In this document: positions 17,706 to 28,800 of the stretch, one piece after another
How the letters are laid out: each line of letters opens with the position of its first letter
Numbering within the stretch: position 1 is the first letter of the stretch
Source of the DNA: a bacterium
GTDB taxonomy: Bacteria > Hinthialibacterota > Hinthialibacteria > Hinthialibacterales > Hinthialibacteraceae
Reading direction: 5' to 3'
Length of the DNA stretch: 29,593 bases
Assembly (NCBI GenBank): GCA_041946805.1
Contig: JBHGBC010000063.1
Location: forward strand, 1 to 29,593
Notes under the pieces: model-generated
The model's input: only the letters and a program-made list of their open reading frames with translations
Database searches by the model: none
Told to the model about the DNA's origin: nothing
Program-made: the position numbers and the translations under genes

Positions 17706-17894
17706 CATTTGGGGGGGTGGTTTTCATCGATCCCTTCGAAAAGATGCGAACCGGCGATCGGAAAAAAAATACGCACTTGCCGGACAAGCCACATTTCGTT
17801 CCCCCCTCCCCCAGACTTTGAGAAGGGATCGTAAACGAATACCGGGATTTTTGGCTGGGTGGGCTCAAAACGGAGTGTGATCCGTCCGGATGAA

Positions 17895-20405
17895 CTACAA
17901 CCGCTTTAACATATTCCTCGCCTCCTCCACCGAGATCTTCTTGGCGGGGAGGGGGAACTCCAGCGTGTCCCCGTTGGGCCGGAAGCCGCCGCCGTCCACG
18001 TCCACGAAGATGGGATTCGTGTAGGCGCAGGGATGCATCGCCGCCTGCCAGCTGGTTCCATAGCCCGTGGCCAGGGTGAAATTCTCCCCATAGGCCACCA
18101 CGATCAGATGACTGTCTTCACTCAACGGCACGGAGATGGTCCGGTCGAATTTCACCACCCCGTCCGTGAACCAATCGGGATGACTGGCCCGCGTGTAATT
18201 CACCTCCGGCCGTTGCCGCCCGTTCACCAGGATCTGCACCCGGTCGATGTCGATCCAGTCCGTGCACTGGATCCGCACTTTCAACTGGATTTCGCCCACC
18301 GCCCGGACCGATCCCCCCGGCCCGGTTCCGTCCTCGGTTTCCACTTCCACGAACGGGCCGTTGGTCACCAGGATCTTACCCGCCTTGGCGTGGCGTACGA
18401 TCTCTTTCCAATCGATTTCCGCGGGCTTTTCCTTGGAACTGGGCACGAAGATCCGCCAGCCGCCCACGCCGTTGCCATGCACCGAGTGCGCGTCCGAGAC
18501 CGCCACGCTCCAATACCGGTGGCCTTGGTTCAGCATCTGCAGCCAGATGAATTGCCGGTGATACCGCACCAGTTCCTCTCCCTTGGTTCCTTTGTCCACC
18601 CGGAACGGGGCCCGGGTCAGGATGTTGCCGTCCTGCGTGTTCGGCCCCCAGGTTTCCGCCGCGTCAATCAGGTCCTTCAACCCTTGGAACCCCCCGTCCT
18701 CACGGCCGTCGCCGTCCCGGTCGATGAAATCCTCCACCATGTCGGGATGATTGACCTGCACCCACCGTTCCGGCATCGCGCCCTGGAAATCGCGCAGCAC
18801 GATGGCGTTGAGCCGCGGGTCTTTTTGCCACGTGGGCGCTCCTCCGTCCTGAGTCAACGGGACCGGCTTGAAGGGAAACGAGTTGAAATGCGCGCCCGAG
18901 CCGGTCAACTCCAGCCCTGGAATGGTGGTGATTTCGCCGGCCAGCCCCAGTTTGTTGATATACGGCTGCCAATCATACAAGCGGTTGTGTTCCGTGGTCG
19001 GCGCGAATTCCACCTGTTCCGCCGCCAGGTTGATGATCCGGTCCTCGGTCCCGCAGGTGTTGTCCCCGCTGGGAGTCGAGTGATTGTGAAAATCGGCGCT
19101 GATCCAGCCGGAGGTATCCACCACCCGCCGCAAAATCCCCCGGACGGGACGTGTTTCCCCTGCGCCCAGGGTGGCGGTTTCTTCCAGATGATCGTATTCA
19201 ATCCCCCGCGTCACGATGACCTTGTACTGCCCCGGCGGCGTTTGCACCACGAACCGGCCGGTTTCCGAATGGTATTGCTCCAGGCAGCCGTGCGCCCGGT
19301 TGGCGGGTCCCAGGTTGGGATTGGCGGTCCCGTTGACGCCGAGGATCTGGACCTTGCAGGGGAGGCTGCGGCCGTCCTCGCCCCGGATGTCGAACGCGAA
19401 AGCGGACGCCGGCCCCATGGTCAAGGCGAATTCGCTCTTCTGCCCTGCCTGGACTTGTAGGCGTGTCTTGACCGCCGTGCGGCCCAGGTCCTCCCCAGTC
19501 AATTCATAGTCTCCCGCGGGTAAATTGAAGGTCAGATTGCCTTCGTCGTCCGGATAGGCGGTCACCGTCTGCTCTCCGATGGGGATCATTACTTTTCCGC
19601 CCGCGATGGGTTGGCCCTGCTCCCCCTTCAGGGTCCCGCTCACGGTTCCCACATCGCCCCGCAGGTAGGCCCCGATTCCGAAGGCCTGCGCCGGGGAATG
19701 GCCGATGACGATAAACCGCCCATACCGGATTTCCTGCCCTGCTCCCAGTTCCAGATCAGCCGGTGGTTCCTTCATGCCTTCCTGTTCCAGCCAGCCGAAG
19801 GCGTATCCTACCGTGTCGCGGGGATCCACCGCATCCGCCACCGTGATCCCCTGAAGGGTTTTTACATCGGACAGGCGCTCGATCCGGTCCTGGGTTCCGA
19901 TCTTGACGGCCGCTCCGCTTTCGTTCCGCAGCGTGGTCACCACGAAAAGCCCCAGCCAGCCATCGCGCAGGCGGTATTCGTGGCACTTGAACACCCCATC
20001 GTTCATGGCGGCGGAGACCACGGTTTCCACCACCGCCTCTCCGTCTTTCCCATCCTTCACGATGCGCACGTACGAAACCGGCCCTTGTTGGTTGGAAGGG
20101 GCGAATAGCGTCAGCTGGTCGTTGTTCTCCCCGCGGAAGGTCAAATCGTACAGGCATCCCGGCGTGACCGCGTTCCACAGGGTTCCCATGTTGGCCTTGC
20201 GTAACGGCGCGTTGCACGAGATTACCGCCTCGATCCGGTCGTTGCGCATTATGAAATCGCCGATGATCCCGTCCGCTTCCTTCCCGCCCGGCAATTGATC
20301 CTTGTTTTGCGAACCGGCTTCGAACGCTTCCGGCGCCGCCCACGCCATGCCGCCGGTTATCAAAACCAACAATCCCAATAGTCCGATTCCAGTTTTGCGT
20401 TTCAT
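17895..20405 (-). CDS. Secreted CehA/McbA-like (PHP-fold) metallohydrolase
   Basis: Signal peptide MKRKTGIGLLGLLVLITGGMAWA; beta-sandwich regions, then ADFHNHS..SGD, TEHN, GLELT, HFN, NHP, SDAH and YTNPIFVD motifs. Confidence 0.82.
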   Translation of the reverse strand: MKRKTGIGLLGLLVLITGGMAWAAPEAFEAGSQNKDQLPGGKEADGIIGDFIMRNDRIEAVISCNAPLRKANMGTLWNAVTPGCLYDLTFRGENNDQLTLFAPSNQQGPVSYVRIVKDGKDGEAVVETVVSAAMNDGVFKCHEYRLRDGWLGLFVVTTLRNESGAAVKIGTQDRIERLSDVKTLQGITVADAVDPRDTVGYAFGWLEQEGMKEPPADLELGAGQEIRYGRFIVIGHSPAQAFGIGAYLRGDVGTVSGTLKGEQGQPIAGGKVMIPIGEQTVTAYPDDEGNLTFNLPAGDYELTGEDLGRTAVKTRLQVQAGQKSEFALTMGPASAFAFDIRGEDGRSLPCKVQILGVNGTANPNLGPANRAHGCLEQYHSETGRFVVQTPPGQYKVIVTRGIEYDHLEETATLGAGETRPVRGILRRVVDTSGWISADFHNHSTPSGDNTCGTEDRIINLAAEQVEFAPTTEHNRLYDWQPYINKLGLAGEITTIPGLELTGSGAHFNSFPFKPVPLTQDGGAPTWQKDPRLNAIVLRDFQGAMPERWVQVNHPDMVEDFIDRDGDGREDGGFQGLKDLIDAAETWGPNTQDGNILTRAPFRVDKGTKGEELVRYHRQFIWLQMLNQGHRYWSVAVSDAHSVHGNGVGGWRIFVPSSKEKPAEIDWKEIVRHAKAGKILVTNGPFVEVETEDGTGPGGSVRAVGEIQLKVRIQCTDWIDIDRVQILVNGRQRPEVNYTRASHPDWFTDGVVKFDRTISVPLSEDSHLIVVAYGENFTLATGYGTSWQAAMHPCAYTNPIFVDVDGGGFRPNGDTLEFPLPAKKISVEEARNMLKRL

Positions 20406-20624
20406 GTATGAATCTCCATCAGTTCCCATTGGTTTGGATGCGTCCATTCTTCCAAAAAACGGCCGGAGAGACTAGGGAAATTCTTGATTCAATCCTGCTA
20501 CCCGCTTTCATTGCGCCGGCATTCGTGCCTCCTCCCCATCTGTTACGTCCCTCCGTCCTTTAGCCGGTGTAGCGTGGGCTTATAGCTCAGCGTAATCCCC
20601 CCCGCGATAACCTCCCTTCTTTTC

Positions 20625-20660
20625 TCCCTCTCCCTCTGGGAGAGGGCCGGGGTGAGGGAA
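20625..20660 (-). repeat. BoxC-like repeat, copy 3 (inverted)
   Basis: Reverse complement TTCCCTCACCCCGGCCCTCTCCCAGAGGGAGAGGGA. Confidence 0.8.
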
Positions 20661-20926
20661 AAACCTTACTGCATAGCGTTCACCTTCCGGTTCACGCATC
20701 ATCCCCCTTATCCTTCCTTCGTGTCCTCCATATCTATCCGTGCCATCCGTGATTCAATCCGCTTATCAATCGCCATCGTTCTCATCATCGATTAACAATC
20801 TCCGCGCCCTTTGCGTATCCGCGGTGAATTTCGATATCCCCACTTTTTTCCCCCACGAATCTTGAACGAACCCTCCCCCCGCGGCAACATGATCCACAAC
20901 ATCCTTCACCTCAGGCGCAACCGCTC

Positions 20927-22006
20927 GTGGCGATAATCGACCCAATCTATCAAAATCTGGCCCGTCCCCTCTTCTTCCGCTTCGATCCTGAAAGCATGCA
21001 TGAATGGGTCATGGGCTGTCTGCCTTGGGCGCGGCCAGTCAAATCCCTCCTGCGGTCTTATTTCCGCGTCGATGACCCCCGCCTGATCCAGGACATTTGG
21101 GGCCTGCGCTTTGCCAATCCCATCGGACTCGCGGGGGGATTCGACAAAAACGCCCTCCTGCCGGATTTTTGGGACGCCTTCGGGTTCGCCTTCTTCGAAG
21201 TCGGCACTGTCACGCCTCTCCCGCAGCCCGGAAATCCCCAGCCTCGCCTCTTCCGTTACCCGGCCGAACAAGCCCTCGTCAACCGGATGGGTTTCAATAA
21301 CGACGGCTGCGAAGCCATCGCCCGCCGCCTGGCTGAATCGGCCGCCCGGCACGGCGCGCCCGCGGCGGTTATGGGTGTCAGCCTTGGAAAACAGAAAGAT
21401 ACTCCGGCGGATGACCTCGCCCGCGTGATCCGGGATTACCAAACCAGCCTCGAAATCCTGTACCCCCATGCCGGATTCTTTGTGGTTAACGTCAGCTCGC
21501 CGAATACACCCAATCTGCGCGATCTTCAGGAAGCCGGCCCGTTGCGGCTACTATTGTCCGCTTTGAAAGATCACCTGTCGAATTTCGGTTACCCCGCCAA
21601 GCCCCTCTGCCTGAAACTCTCACCCGACCTGAGCGATGACGCCGTCCGCCAGGCGGTGAACGTGGCCCTCGAATGCGGCATCGATGGCTTCATCGCCACG
21701 AACACCACCAACCAGACCGGTTCCCGCGAATCCGGAGGACTGAGCGGCAAGCCCTTGCGCCAGCGATCCACCGAGGTGATTCATCTCATCGCGAAACAGA
21801 CCGGCGGCGCGCTGCCCATCATCGGCTGTGGAGGAATCTTCACCGCCGATGACGCCCTCGAAAAACTCCAGGCGGGCGCCTGGCTGCTGCAACTGTATAC
21901 CTCGTTCATCTACGAAGGACCCGCTGTCGTCCGAAACATTCTCAAGGGATTGCTTTGCGACATGGACCGCCGCTCCATATCCCAGGTGCGTGATTGGCGG
22001 GGATGA
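20927..22006 (+). CDS. pyrD: Quinone-dependent dihydroorotate dehydrogenase (class 2)
   Basis: NPIGLAGGFDKN, EVGTVTPLPQPGNPQPRLFR, NRMGFNN, VNVSSPNTPNLR, KLSPDL and GGLSGKPL motifs. Confidence 0.96.
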   Translation: MAIIDPIYQNLARPLFFRFDPESMHEWVMGCLPWARPVKSLLRSYFRVDDPRLIQDIWGLRFANPIGLAGGFDKNALLPDFWDAFGFAFFEVGTVTPLPQPGNPQPRLFRYPAEQALVNRMGFNNDGCEAIARRLAESAARHGAPAAVMGVSLGKQKDTPADDLARVIRDYQTSLEILYPHAGFFVVNVSSPNTPNLRDLQEAGPLRLLLSALKDHLSNFGYPAKPLCLKLSPDLSDDAVRQAVNVALECGIDGFIATNTTNQTGSRESGGLSGKPLRQRSTEVIHLIAKQTGGALPIIGCGGIFTADDALEKLQAGAWLLQLYTSFIYEGPAVVRNILKGLLCDMDRRSISQVRDWRG

Positions 22007-22023
22007 GGGTTTTCGCCTTGTAC

Positions 22024-22053
22024 AAAAAAAATGCGCCAGAGATCATCTGGCGC
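22024..22053 (-). terminator. Intrinsic terminator (minus strand)
   Basis: GCGCCAGA-TGATC-TCTGGCGC followed by A and T8. Confidence 0.8.
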
Positions 22054-22236
22054 CAACGGGGCACAAGGCCCCCAGGGTTGAGGGCGATGAGGGAGGAGTT
22101 CGGAGGGACGTTGAGGAATTACTGTCCTCTGCCTCCTCACACATCGTGTGGACTCTCTTTATAGCTTCAATCTTGCGTTTTCTGAATTTCCAGGTTTCTC
22201 CAGTATAATCCTTTTTCCGGAAAATGCCACGTTGTT

Positions 22237-22551
22237 TTACATCTCATCGATATTACGAATGTTGCGCACTTTCAAGTTTTTCACGTATTCATCCAACTGT
22301 TCCAGCATCGGGTGAGGAGTAGGCCGCGGAGGCTGGATATCTGGAATCATTCGTTTCTCTTGACTGCGGCCATACTCACCGGGGTCGATCTCCATGTATT
22401 CCAAAAACCGGCTGTGAATCAACTCCCGTTTTTTTCGTTTTCTCCCCGGATTCCAGATGTAGACCACGAAGAGGGAGGCCGCCATTACGGAGCAGATCAC
22501 CAGTTTGATTTCCGGTGTTATGGTGTATTCCAGAAATCGGCTTTCCAGCAT
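22237..22551 (-). CDS. Small single-TM hypothetical protein (104 aa; alternative start 22608)
   Basis: AAGGAG RBS at 22559-22564 before ATG 22551; TM segment LVICSVMAASLFVVYIW followed by basic RKRKKR; TGTTATACT extended -10 at 22622-22630. Confidence 0.6.
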   Translation of the reverse strand: MLESRFLEYTITPEIKLVICSVMAASLFVVYIWNPGRKRKKRELIHSRFLEYMEIDPGEYGRSQEKRMIPDIQPPRPTPHPMLEQLDEYVKNLKVRNIRNIDEM

Positions 22552-22815
22552 TGCCCCGCTCCTTGAACTCCAAATTCCGTTTTGGTATTGGAGCAAGGGT
22601 AATGCCATTTCAGTTGAATATAGTATAACACGTTGAATCCCAAAGTGTTAGCAAATTTTTGGTTTTTTCTTCCGGAGGGGAGGGGAGAACGTTTTTTCTC
22701 ATTCTGCCTCGAAAATCCGGAAAATACTTCCTAATCAAGCTGAAACCATACTCAATAAATGCTGATTTACCAGTTTCTTTTTATTCGTTAATAACTATCG
22801 GCAGATCTGCCCCAT

Positions 22816-25359
22816 TTATTGATTGTCTTCTTCATTTTCTTCAGGGCCGATTTCCACCAGGTGGTCATCCGGCGACTCTGCGGCTTCATCCGCCTCCGTG
22901 ACCGCGTCGTGGTTGTTGCCCATTTTCTTCTCTTCCTTGGCTTCCGGGAGCTTCCCGATGGCCGCCACCTCATCCCCCTCTTCCAGTTTGATCAGCCGCA
23001 CTCCCTGCGTGTTCCGGGAAATCGCGCGGATGTTGCTCACGCTCATCCGGATGGCCACGCCATGTTTGGTGACGATCATGAACTCGTCGTCTTCGTAGCA
23101 CGCCAGGATCCCCACCACCTTGCCGTTGCGTTCCGACGTCTGGATGTCGATGACGCCCTTGCCTCCCCGGCGGATCTTGCGGTACAACTCGCCCTGGGTG
23201 CGCTTGCCATATCCTTTTTCGGTCACGGTCAGGAGATACGCGCCGGGCTGTCCCGCCACCATGCCCACCACTTCGTCACCCTTTTCGAGGCGGATGCCCA
23301 AGACGCCCCGCGCCATGCGTCCCATCGGGCGCACATCCTTTTCCGAGAACCGGACCGCCATGCCGTTGCGACTGGCCAGGACCACATCGTCTTCGCCGCT
23401 GGTCAACCAGACGCTCAGCAATTGGTCTCCTTCGTCCAGGGTGATGGCGTTGATCCCGCCCCGGCGGGGATTGGAAAAGGCGTTCAGTTCGGTTTTTTTG
23501 ACCACGCCCAGGCGGGTGGCCATCATCAGGAAGCGGTTGTCGATGAACTCGGCCACAGGGACCATGGCCGTGACCATCTCGTCCTTCTCCAGTTGCAGCA
23601 GGTTCACCATGGCCTTGCCCTTGGACTGCCGCCCGCCCTGGGGCAATTCGTACACCTTGAGCCAATGCACCCGCCCCAGGTTGGTGAAGAACAGGATGTA
23701 GTGATGCGTCGAGGCGATGAAGAGGTATTCCACGAAATCCTCTTCCTTCGTCCCCATCGCCGTGATGCCCCGCCCCCCGCGCAACTGCCGCCGGTAGGTG
23801 GAGGTGCCGATCCGCTTGATGTATCCCGCGTGCGAGATGGTGACCACCATGTTCTCTTCGGCGATCAGGTCTTCCACCTCGAAATCCGAGGCGGCGTTGA
23901 TGATCCGCGTCCGCCGGGCGTCGCCGAAGCGCTTCTTGATCTCCAGGAGCTCGTTCTTCATGATTGACATGACCAGCGCCGGCGTGCTCAGGATTTCATG
24001 GTAGTATTCGATGTCCTTGATCAGCTGGTTGTACTCCGCCTCCAATTTTTCCCGTTCCAGGGCGATCAGCCGGGCCAGCTGCATTTCCAAAATCGCCTTG
24101 GCCTGGATCTCGCTCAGTTCGAAGCGTTGCATCAGGCCGCTCATGGCTTCTTCGCGGTCCCGCGACTTGCGGATCAGACTTACCACTTCGTCGATATTGT
24201 CAACGGCGATGCGCAGCCCCTCGACGATATGCAGCCGCGCCTCGGCTTTTTCCAAATCGTATTGCGTCCGGCGGAGGATCACTTCCCGCCGGTGGTCGAC
24301 GAAATGCGACACCATCTCCCGCAGGGTCAGGTACTGCGGCCGGTTGTCCACCAGAGCCAGCAGGATGATCCCGAACGTGGCCTGCATGCGGGTGTGCTTG
24401 AACAGCTGGTTCATCACCACTTCCGCGTTCTCGCCCCGCTTGAGTTCGATGACGATGCGCATGCCCTCCCGGTCCGACTCGTCCCGCAGGTCGGCGATCC
24501 CCTCGATCTTTTTCAGCCGCACCAGGCTGGCGATATCCTCCACCAGCTTGGCCTTGTTGATCATGTAGGGCAGCTCGGTGACCACGATCGCCTCTTTGCC
24601 TTGCGACAACTGCTCCTTTTGGGTTACCGCCCGCATGATCACCCGGCCCCGCCCCGTCGAATACGCCTCCGCGATTCCCTCCCGCCCGCAGATGTAGCCT
24701 CCGGTCGGGAAATCCGGCCCCTTGATGTATTTCATCAGGCCGCCCGTGTCGATCTCGGGGTTGTCGATCATGGCCACCGTGGCGTCCACCACCTCCCCCA
24801 GATTATGGGGGGGGATGTTGGTGGCCATGCCCACCGCGATGCCCGAGGATCCATTGATCAACAGGTTGGGAATCTCCGAGGGCAGCACCGCCGGCTCGTC
24901 CAATTGGCCGTCGAAATTGGGAACGAAATCGACCGTGTTCTTCTCGATGTCCGTCAGGAGCGTTTCGGCGATGGCCGACAGCCGCGCCTCCGTGTAGCGC
25001 ATGGCCGCCGCGTTGTCGCCGTCCACCGATCCGAAGTTGCCTTGCCCGTCCACCAGGGGGTAGCGGTAGGTGAAGTCCTGCGCCATCCGCACCAGGGTGT
25101 CATAGATGGCCGTGTCGCCGTGGGGGTGGTACTTGCCCATCGTTTCCCCCACGATACGGGCTGACTTTTTGTAGGCCGACCGGTGGGTCAGCCCCAATTC
25201 CCGCATGGCATAGATCACCCGCCGGTGCACGGGCTTCAATCCGTCCCGCACGTCCGGCAACGCGCGCTGGATGATGACCGACATCGCGTAACTGATGTAC
25301 GAGGTCTTCATCTCGTCTTCGATGTTGATCGGCTTGATTCGCTCGTTCTGGCTGTACAT
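22816..25359 (-). CDS. gyrA: DNA gyrase subunit A
   Basis: [56 protein letters not shown], GyrA-box QLRGGRG, pinwheel repeats and acidic tail; GGAG RBS before ATG 25359. Confidence 0.97.
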   Translation of the reverse strand: MYSQNERIKPINIEDEMKTSYISYAMSVIIQRALPDVRDGLKPVHRRVIYAMRELGLTHRSAYKKSARIVGETMGKYHPHGDTAIYDTLVRMAQDFTYRYPLVDGQGNFGSVDGDNAAAMRYTEARLSAIAETLLTDIEKNTVDFVPNFDGQLDEPAVLPSEIPNLLINGSSGIAVGMATNIPPHNLGEVVDATVAMIDNPEIDTGGLMKYIKGPDFPTGGYICGREGIAEAYSTGRGRVIMRAVTQKEQLSQGKEAIVVTELPYMINKAKLVEDIASLVRLKKIEGIADLRDESDREGMRIVIELKRGENAEVVMNQLFKHTRMQATFGIILLALVDNRPQYLTLREMVSHFVDHRREVILRRTQYDLEKAEARLHIVEGLRIAVDNIDEVVSLIRKSRDREEAMSGLMQRFELSEIQAKAILEMQLARLIALEREKLEAEYNQLIKDIEYYHEILSTPALVMSIMKNELLEIKKRFGDARRTRIINAASDFEVEDLIAEENMVVTISHAGYIKRIGTSTYRRQLRGGRGITAMGTKEEDFVEYLFIASTHHYILFFTNLGRVHWLKVYELPQGGRQSKGKAMVNLLQLEKDEMVTAMVPVAEFIDNRFLMMATRLGVVKKTELNAFSNPRRGGINAITLDEGDQLLSVWLTSGEDDVVLASRNGMAVRFSEKDVRPMGRMARGVLGIRLEKGDEVVGMVAGQPGAYLLTVTEKGYGKRTQGELYRKIRRGGKGVIDIQTSERNGKVVGILACYEDDEFMIVTKHGVAIRMSVSNIRAISRNTQGVRLIKLEEGDEVAAIGKLPEAKEEKKMGNNHDAVTEADEAAESPDDHLVEIGPEENEEDNQ

Positions 25360-25579
25360 GTAGGATGGCTCCACAATGGATTTGCGGGGCGGATGCTCCC
25401 ATCCGGCCGGTTTCCCGGGTGAAGGATACGGCACGCCGCTGACGGGCCGCCGGCTAGTGTGGAATTGACGGCAAGGGGAACCTCAACCCGGCGCCGGCCG
25501 TCTTGGTCTCCGGGCGTGAAAAATCCGGGAACCGGAGCGGCCATGGATAATAAATCAGGCTTTCCTAATACTTTAGATT

Positions 25580-25608
25580 ATTGTAGGATCTTCTTCCCGG
25601 CGAGGCAA
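25580..25608 (-). promoter_or_regulatory. Putative gyrA promoter
   Basis: TTGCCT-N17-TACAAT on the minus strand. Confidence 0.5.
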
Positions 25609-25882
25609 TAGCGCCGGCTCCGGGTTTTTTCATGGAACTCCCGGGACGCACCGGCGGGGGCAATCCTCCGTCCGCCCGGTACCCTTATAACCAGCACAAA
25701 CATCCGGCCGGGTTAGAGGCCGTACAGGAATTTCCCGGGATTTGATCCACGGAGATGGACTCTTGAATTTGCATGAGGATTTATCGCCGTGGCCTCCGTT
25801 TATATATTGTTTCTCCGCCATGAAATCCATGAAGGCATCCTCCCTCCCGGTCATTTTGATACAGACATGAATCAAAGCCCTT

Positions 25883-28800
25883 TTATTCCCTTTTCCCCTC
25901 CCGTATCCACCGCATGCCCCGCAAAATCCAATTCTCTCCCGGATTTTGGAAATGAACCTCCATTCTCCATCCCACTACAAAAGGAAACGCCTTGGCCGCT
26001 TCCGGCCAGGGAATCCGCCAGAGATTTGAACCGGGGCTCATCTCCTCCGTGGGCGTGAAACCGAATGCCAATGATTGCGTTTCCAATCCATCTTTCCGAA
26101 CATGAAGAATGAATCCGATCGATTCCGGAACCGCGCCGGAAAATTCAATCTCCCAATAATCCCACGCGCGGGGATCGGTATGATCGCTGAAACGAACGCG
26201 CAACGTATTGTCAACAGGAAGAAATGTCACTTGTCCTGTGGATGGATCCGCTTCCGCCCGCTCCCAATGGCCGTGGATCGTCAGTACACCCCGGGAGTCC
26301 ATCAAAGAAATCGGCATGGCCACTTTTTCCAACACCAGGTTGGATAACTCGGCCTCGCCGTCCAGGCAATCGATCCGCAGCCGGTCGCGCCAGGGGGGAG
26401 ACTTGAAAATCACGAACTGCGTTCCATCCGGACGCGGCGCAAAATCGGTTTTCTCCGCCACGAACCGGTCATCCAAATAAAACGCCAGCCAGGCGGATTC
26501 CGACTGCCTGGTTTGATTCCAGCGCAATCTATAGGTTCCCTCATCCAGGTTTAAAAATGAGAAAACCTTGCGGCTGTCTTTGCGTAAATGGATTTTCGCA
26601 TCTCCTGGAAGGGACAGGGTTTCCCACATCCGTTCCACGGGCAGGGGGATGCTCTCATAATCGGGCCAGGATTTGCCCAAACGCGCCAACGCCCGGTGCA
26701 GAGGGATGAGATTGGGATAGCGGGTGAGGCCCGCCAGCCAGGCCTGCGTGGCGTACCACAGGGCGTCTTCGGGCCGGTCCGCCTGCAGGAGAAGATCCGC
26801 GGCCTTTTGGTACAAATCCGGACGCCGGTTTTGGGTTTGGATTTCCTCGGTGAGTTTCGCCAATTCCTGAAAGTGTTTGGCCTCCTCTGCCTGGGATTGT
26901 TGTTCCGCCAGGGATGCCATCAGCCGGAACGGCGTGGGATCCTCCCTCCGCAGCCGCCCGGTTTGCAGATACGCTTCCCACGCCTGATCCAATGCTCCCT
27001 GCCGCTGATGCCACTGGCCTAACTCCCGCTCGGCTGTTCCCGAGCAAGCGGAACGATCTTCCGCGCAGGCCGCCAGCCAGGCCAGACCTTCCTCGATCCT
27101 CCCCCGATTCAGCGCCAAAAGGCCGAGTTGCAGCTTTTCATAGGATTTTTGCGGGATCCAATCGAACGTCCGGGCGGCTGGTTCCGAATTCTTATTCGAG
27201 AGCGCGCGGATCATCCCTTCGGCGAACGCCATTCGCGCGGGATTGCGTTGGATGCGCCATACCGCGCGGATCTGCTCCCACGCTTCCACCTCTCCCGCGT
27301 GATCCATCAGCCAGAAGTCGCAGAGCGCCGCGGCCGATTCCTCGCCATGGGGAGTTTCCAGGCGGTAGAGTTGCAGTTCCGGCAGGCCGTAGGGCATCGC
27401 GAAGGTCTTGACCAGGCGGTAATGGTTCCAGAACCAATCCGGCGCGCGGTCGATCAGCCGGTTCAGCGCCAAGGCGGTCTTCGCATCGGGATTTTGTTCG
27501 CGCGATGCGTAGGGCAGGCGCGAGACCTGTCCCCGGCTGGTGAGGATATAGCCCGCGTTATACAGCCGCAGCAGGCCGTTTCCCGGGATCAGAGGCAGGG
27601 CATTGAAGTGAGGAACCTGGCGGCGCAGTTCGTACCGGGCGGTGCGCCAATCGAAATAGTACAGGTCGGGGAGAATGACCATCAGGCCGGGAGTGACATT
27701 CCCTGTTTCCAGTTTCGCGGCCATTTGCGCGATATCCCGGAACGGCCACTCCTCGGTATGCGGCGGCCGGGGGATGGGCATGGCGTAGGTCACGGCATAA
27801 CGCGAGGGATCGATCCACACCACCTGGGGCAGGTTAGATGGTCCCAGCCACGACAGAGGCGCGAAGTGCATCCACACCGCGCAAAACAAGCCGTAGCCGA
27901 TGATTGTCCAAGCCAGGACATTCCGTAGCCATTGTGATAGGATATGTTCAATCCAGGCCACGGCGAGCAATGACATCACCGGCAGCAGCGGGAACAGATA
28001 TTTCAGTGGGATGTTTTCATACCGGACCGTGGTGTAAAGCCAAAATCCCAGAACGCTGGACATCAGCAGCCAGTACGCCGATTTTTCCCGATTTTCCATC
28101 GGAGAAAGCCCTAACCTCCGTCGCTTGGATCCCGGCATCAGGGGAACGGTGATGCCCAGCATGAGAATCACGCTGGGAAGGATCTGGTTGTGATACAGAA
28201 AATCGCCGGGATAATGGAAAATCACCCGCCAATTCCACCCCTCCTTGAACGGGGTGAACTCGCGGGTTTCGGCCAGTTCGCTGAAGATCTGCACCAGCAA
28301 TTGGCGGTTGGGCCAATACCAAAACGCCGCCACCAGCAAAATGGGAACGGTTAGCAGAAGGCCGTGCAGAAAACCGCGGAAATACCCCTTGGGCCATCCT
28401 TGCTCGCGGATGCGCCGAATTTCTACCACGGCGAAAATGGCCGCCGGCCCCAGCAAGTAGATGGCGAAAATCCACTTGGTCAGCAGCCCGAACGCGATGA
28501 CCAGTCCCAAGCCCTGCCACCATGCCCATTGCGCCCGTGACTCATCCCACAAATGCAGGCAACACAGCAGCGCCAAGGGAAGGCCGGTCATGAAATAGAA
28601 TTCGGGATCGATCTCCACCCCGTAAATCAGGGGCAAGCCGATATAAAACACGGCGGCCAGGATCCCCGCGCGACGGGAGTACAACTCCGATCCCAGCCGG
28701 ATGAGCAGCGCAAAGGTGGCCGTGTGCCACAAGACGCATGCCAGGTTGGCCAGGCGCAAATCGCCGTTGAACAGCGCCGTCCAGGGCGCGAGCAGCAAAC

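Larger units (their letters stand above)
17581..17790. mobile_element. MITE-like non-autonomous element with 21-bp imperfect terminal inverted repeats
   Basis: Left end GGTTCATCCGAGAAATGCGTA versus reverse complement of the right end GGCTTGTCCGGCAAGTGCGTA (15/21); each matches 29500-29520 at 18/21. Confidence 0.55.

Noticed and set aside
14435..20830. CRISPR array or tRNA among the intergenic repeats
   Set aside because: No regularly spaced direct repeats, cas genes or cloverleaf sequence.
22043..22144. 33-codon minus-strand ORF within the sRNA candidate
   Set aside because: No upstream RBS and the stop lies in the terminator hairpin.
25095..25135. Thr at the GyrA Ser83-equivalent position as acquired quinolone resistance
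   Set aside because: Thr is the natural residue in many bacteria, e.g. Pseudomonas aeruginosa.
25630..25875. 81-aa ORF between the GT-C gene and gyrA
   Set aside because: No motif or convincing coding bias; cannot be supported.
5659..28152. Many long antisense or alternative-frame ORFs (e.g. 7179-8390, 16211-17281, 18033-19460, 22819-25164)
   Set aside because: Expected stop-poor shadows of high-GC3 genes; no motifs.
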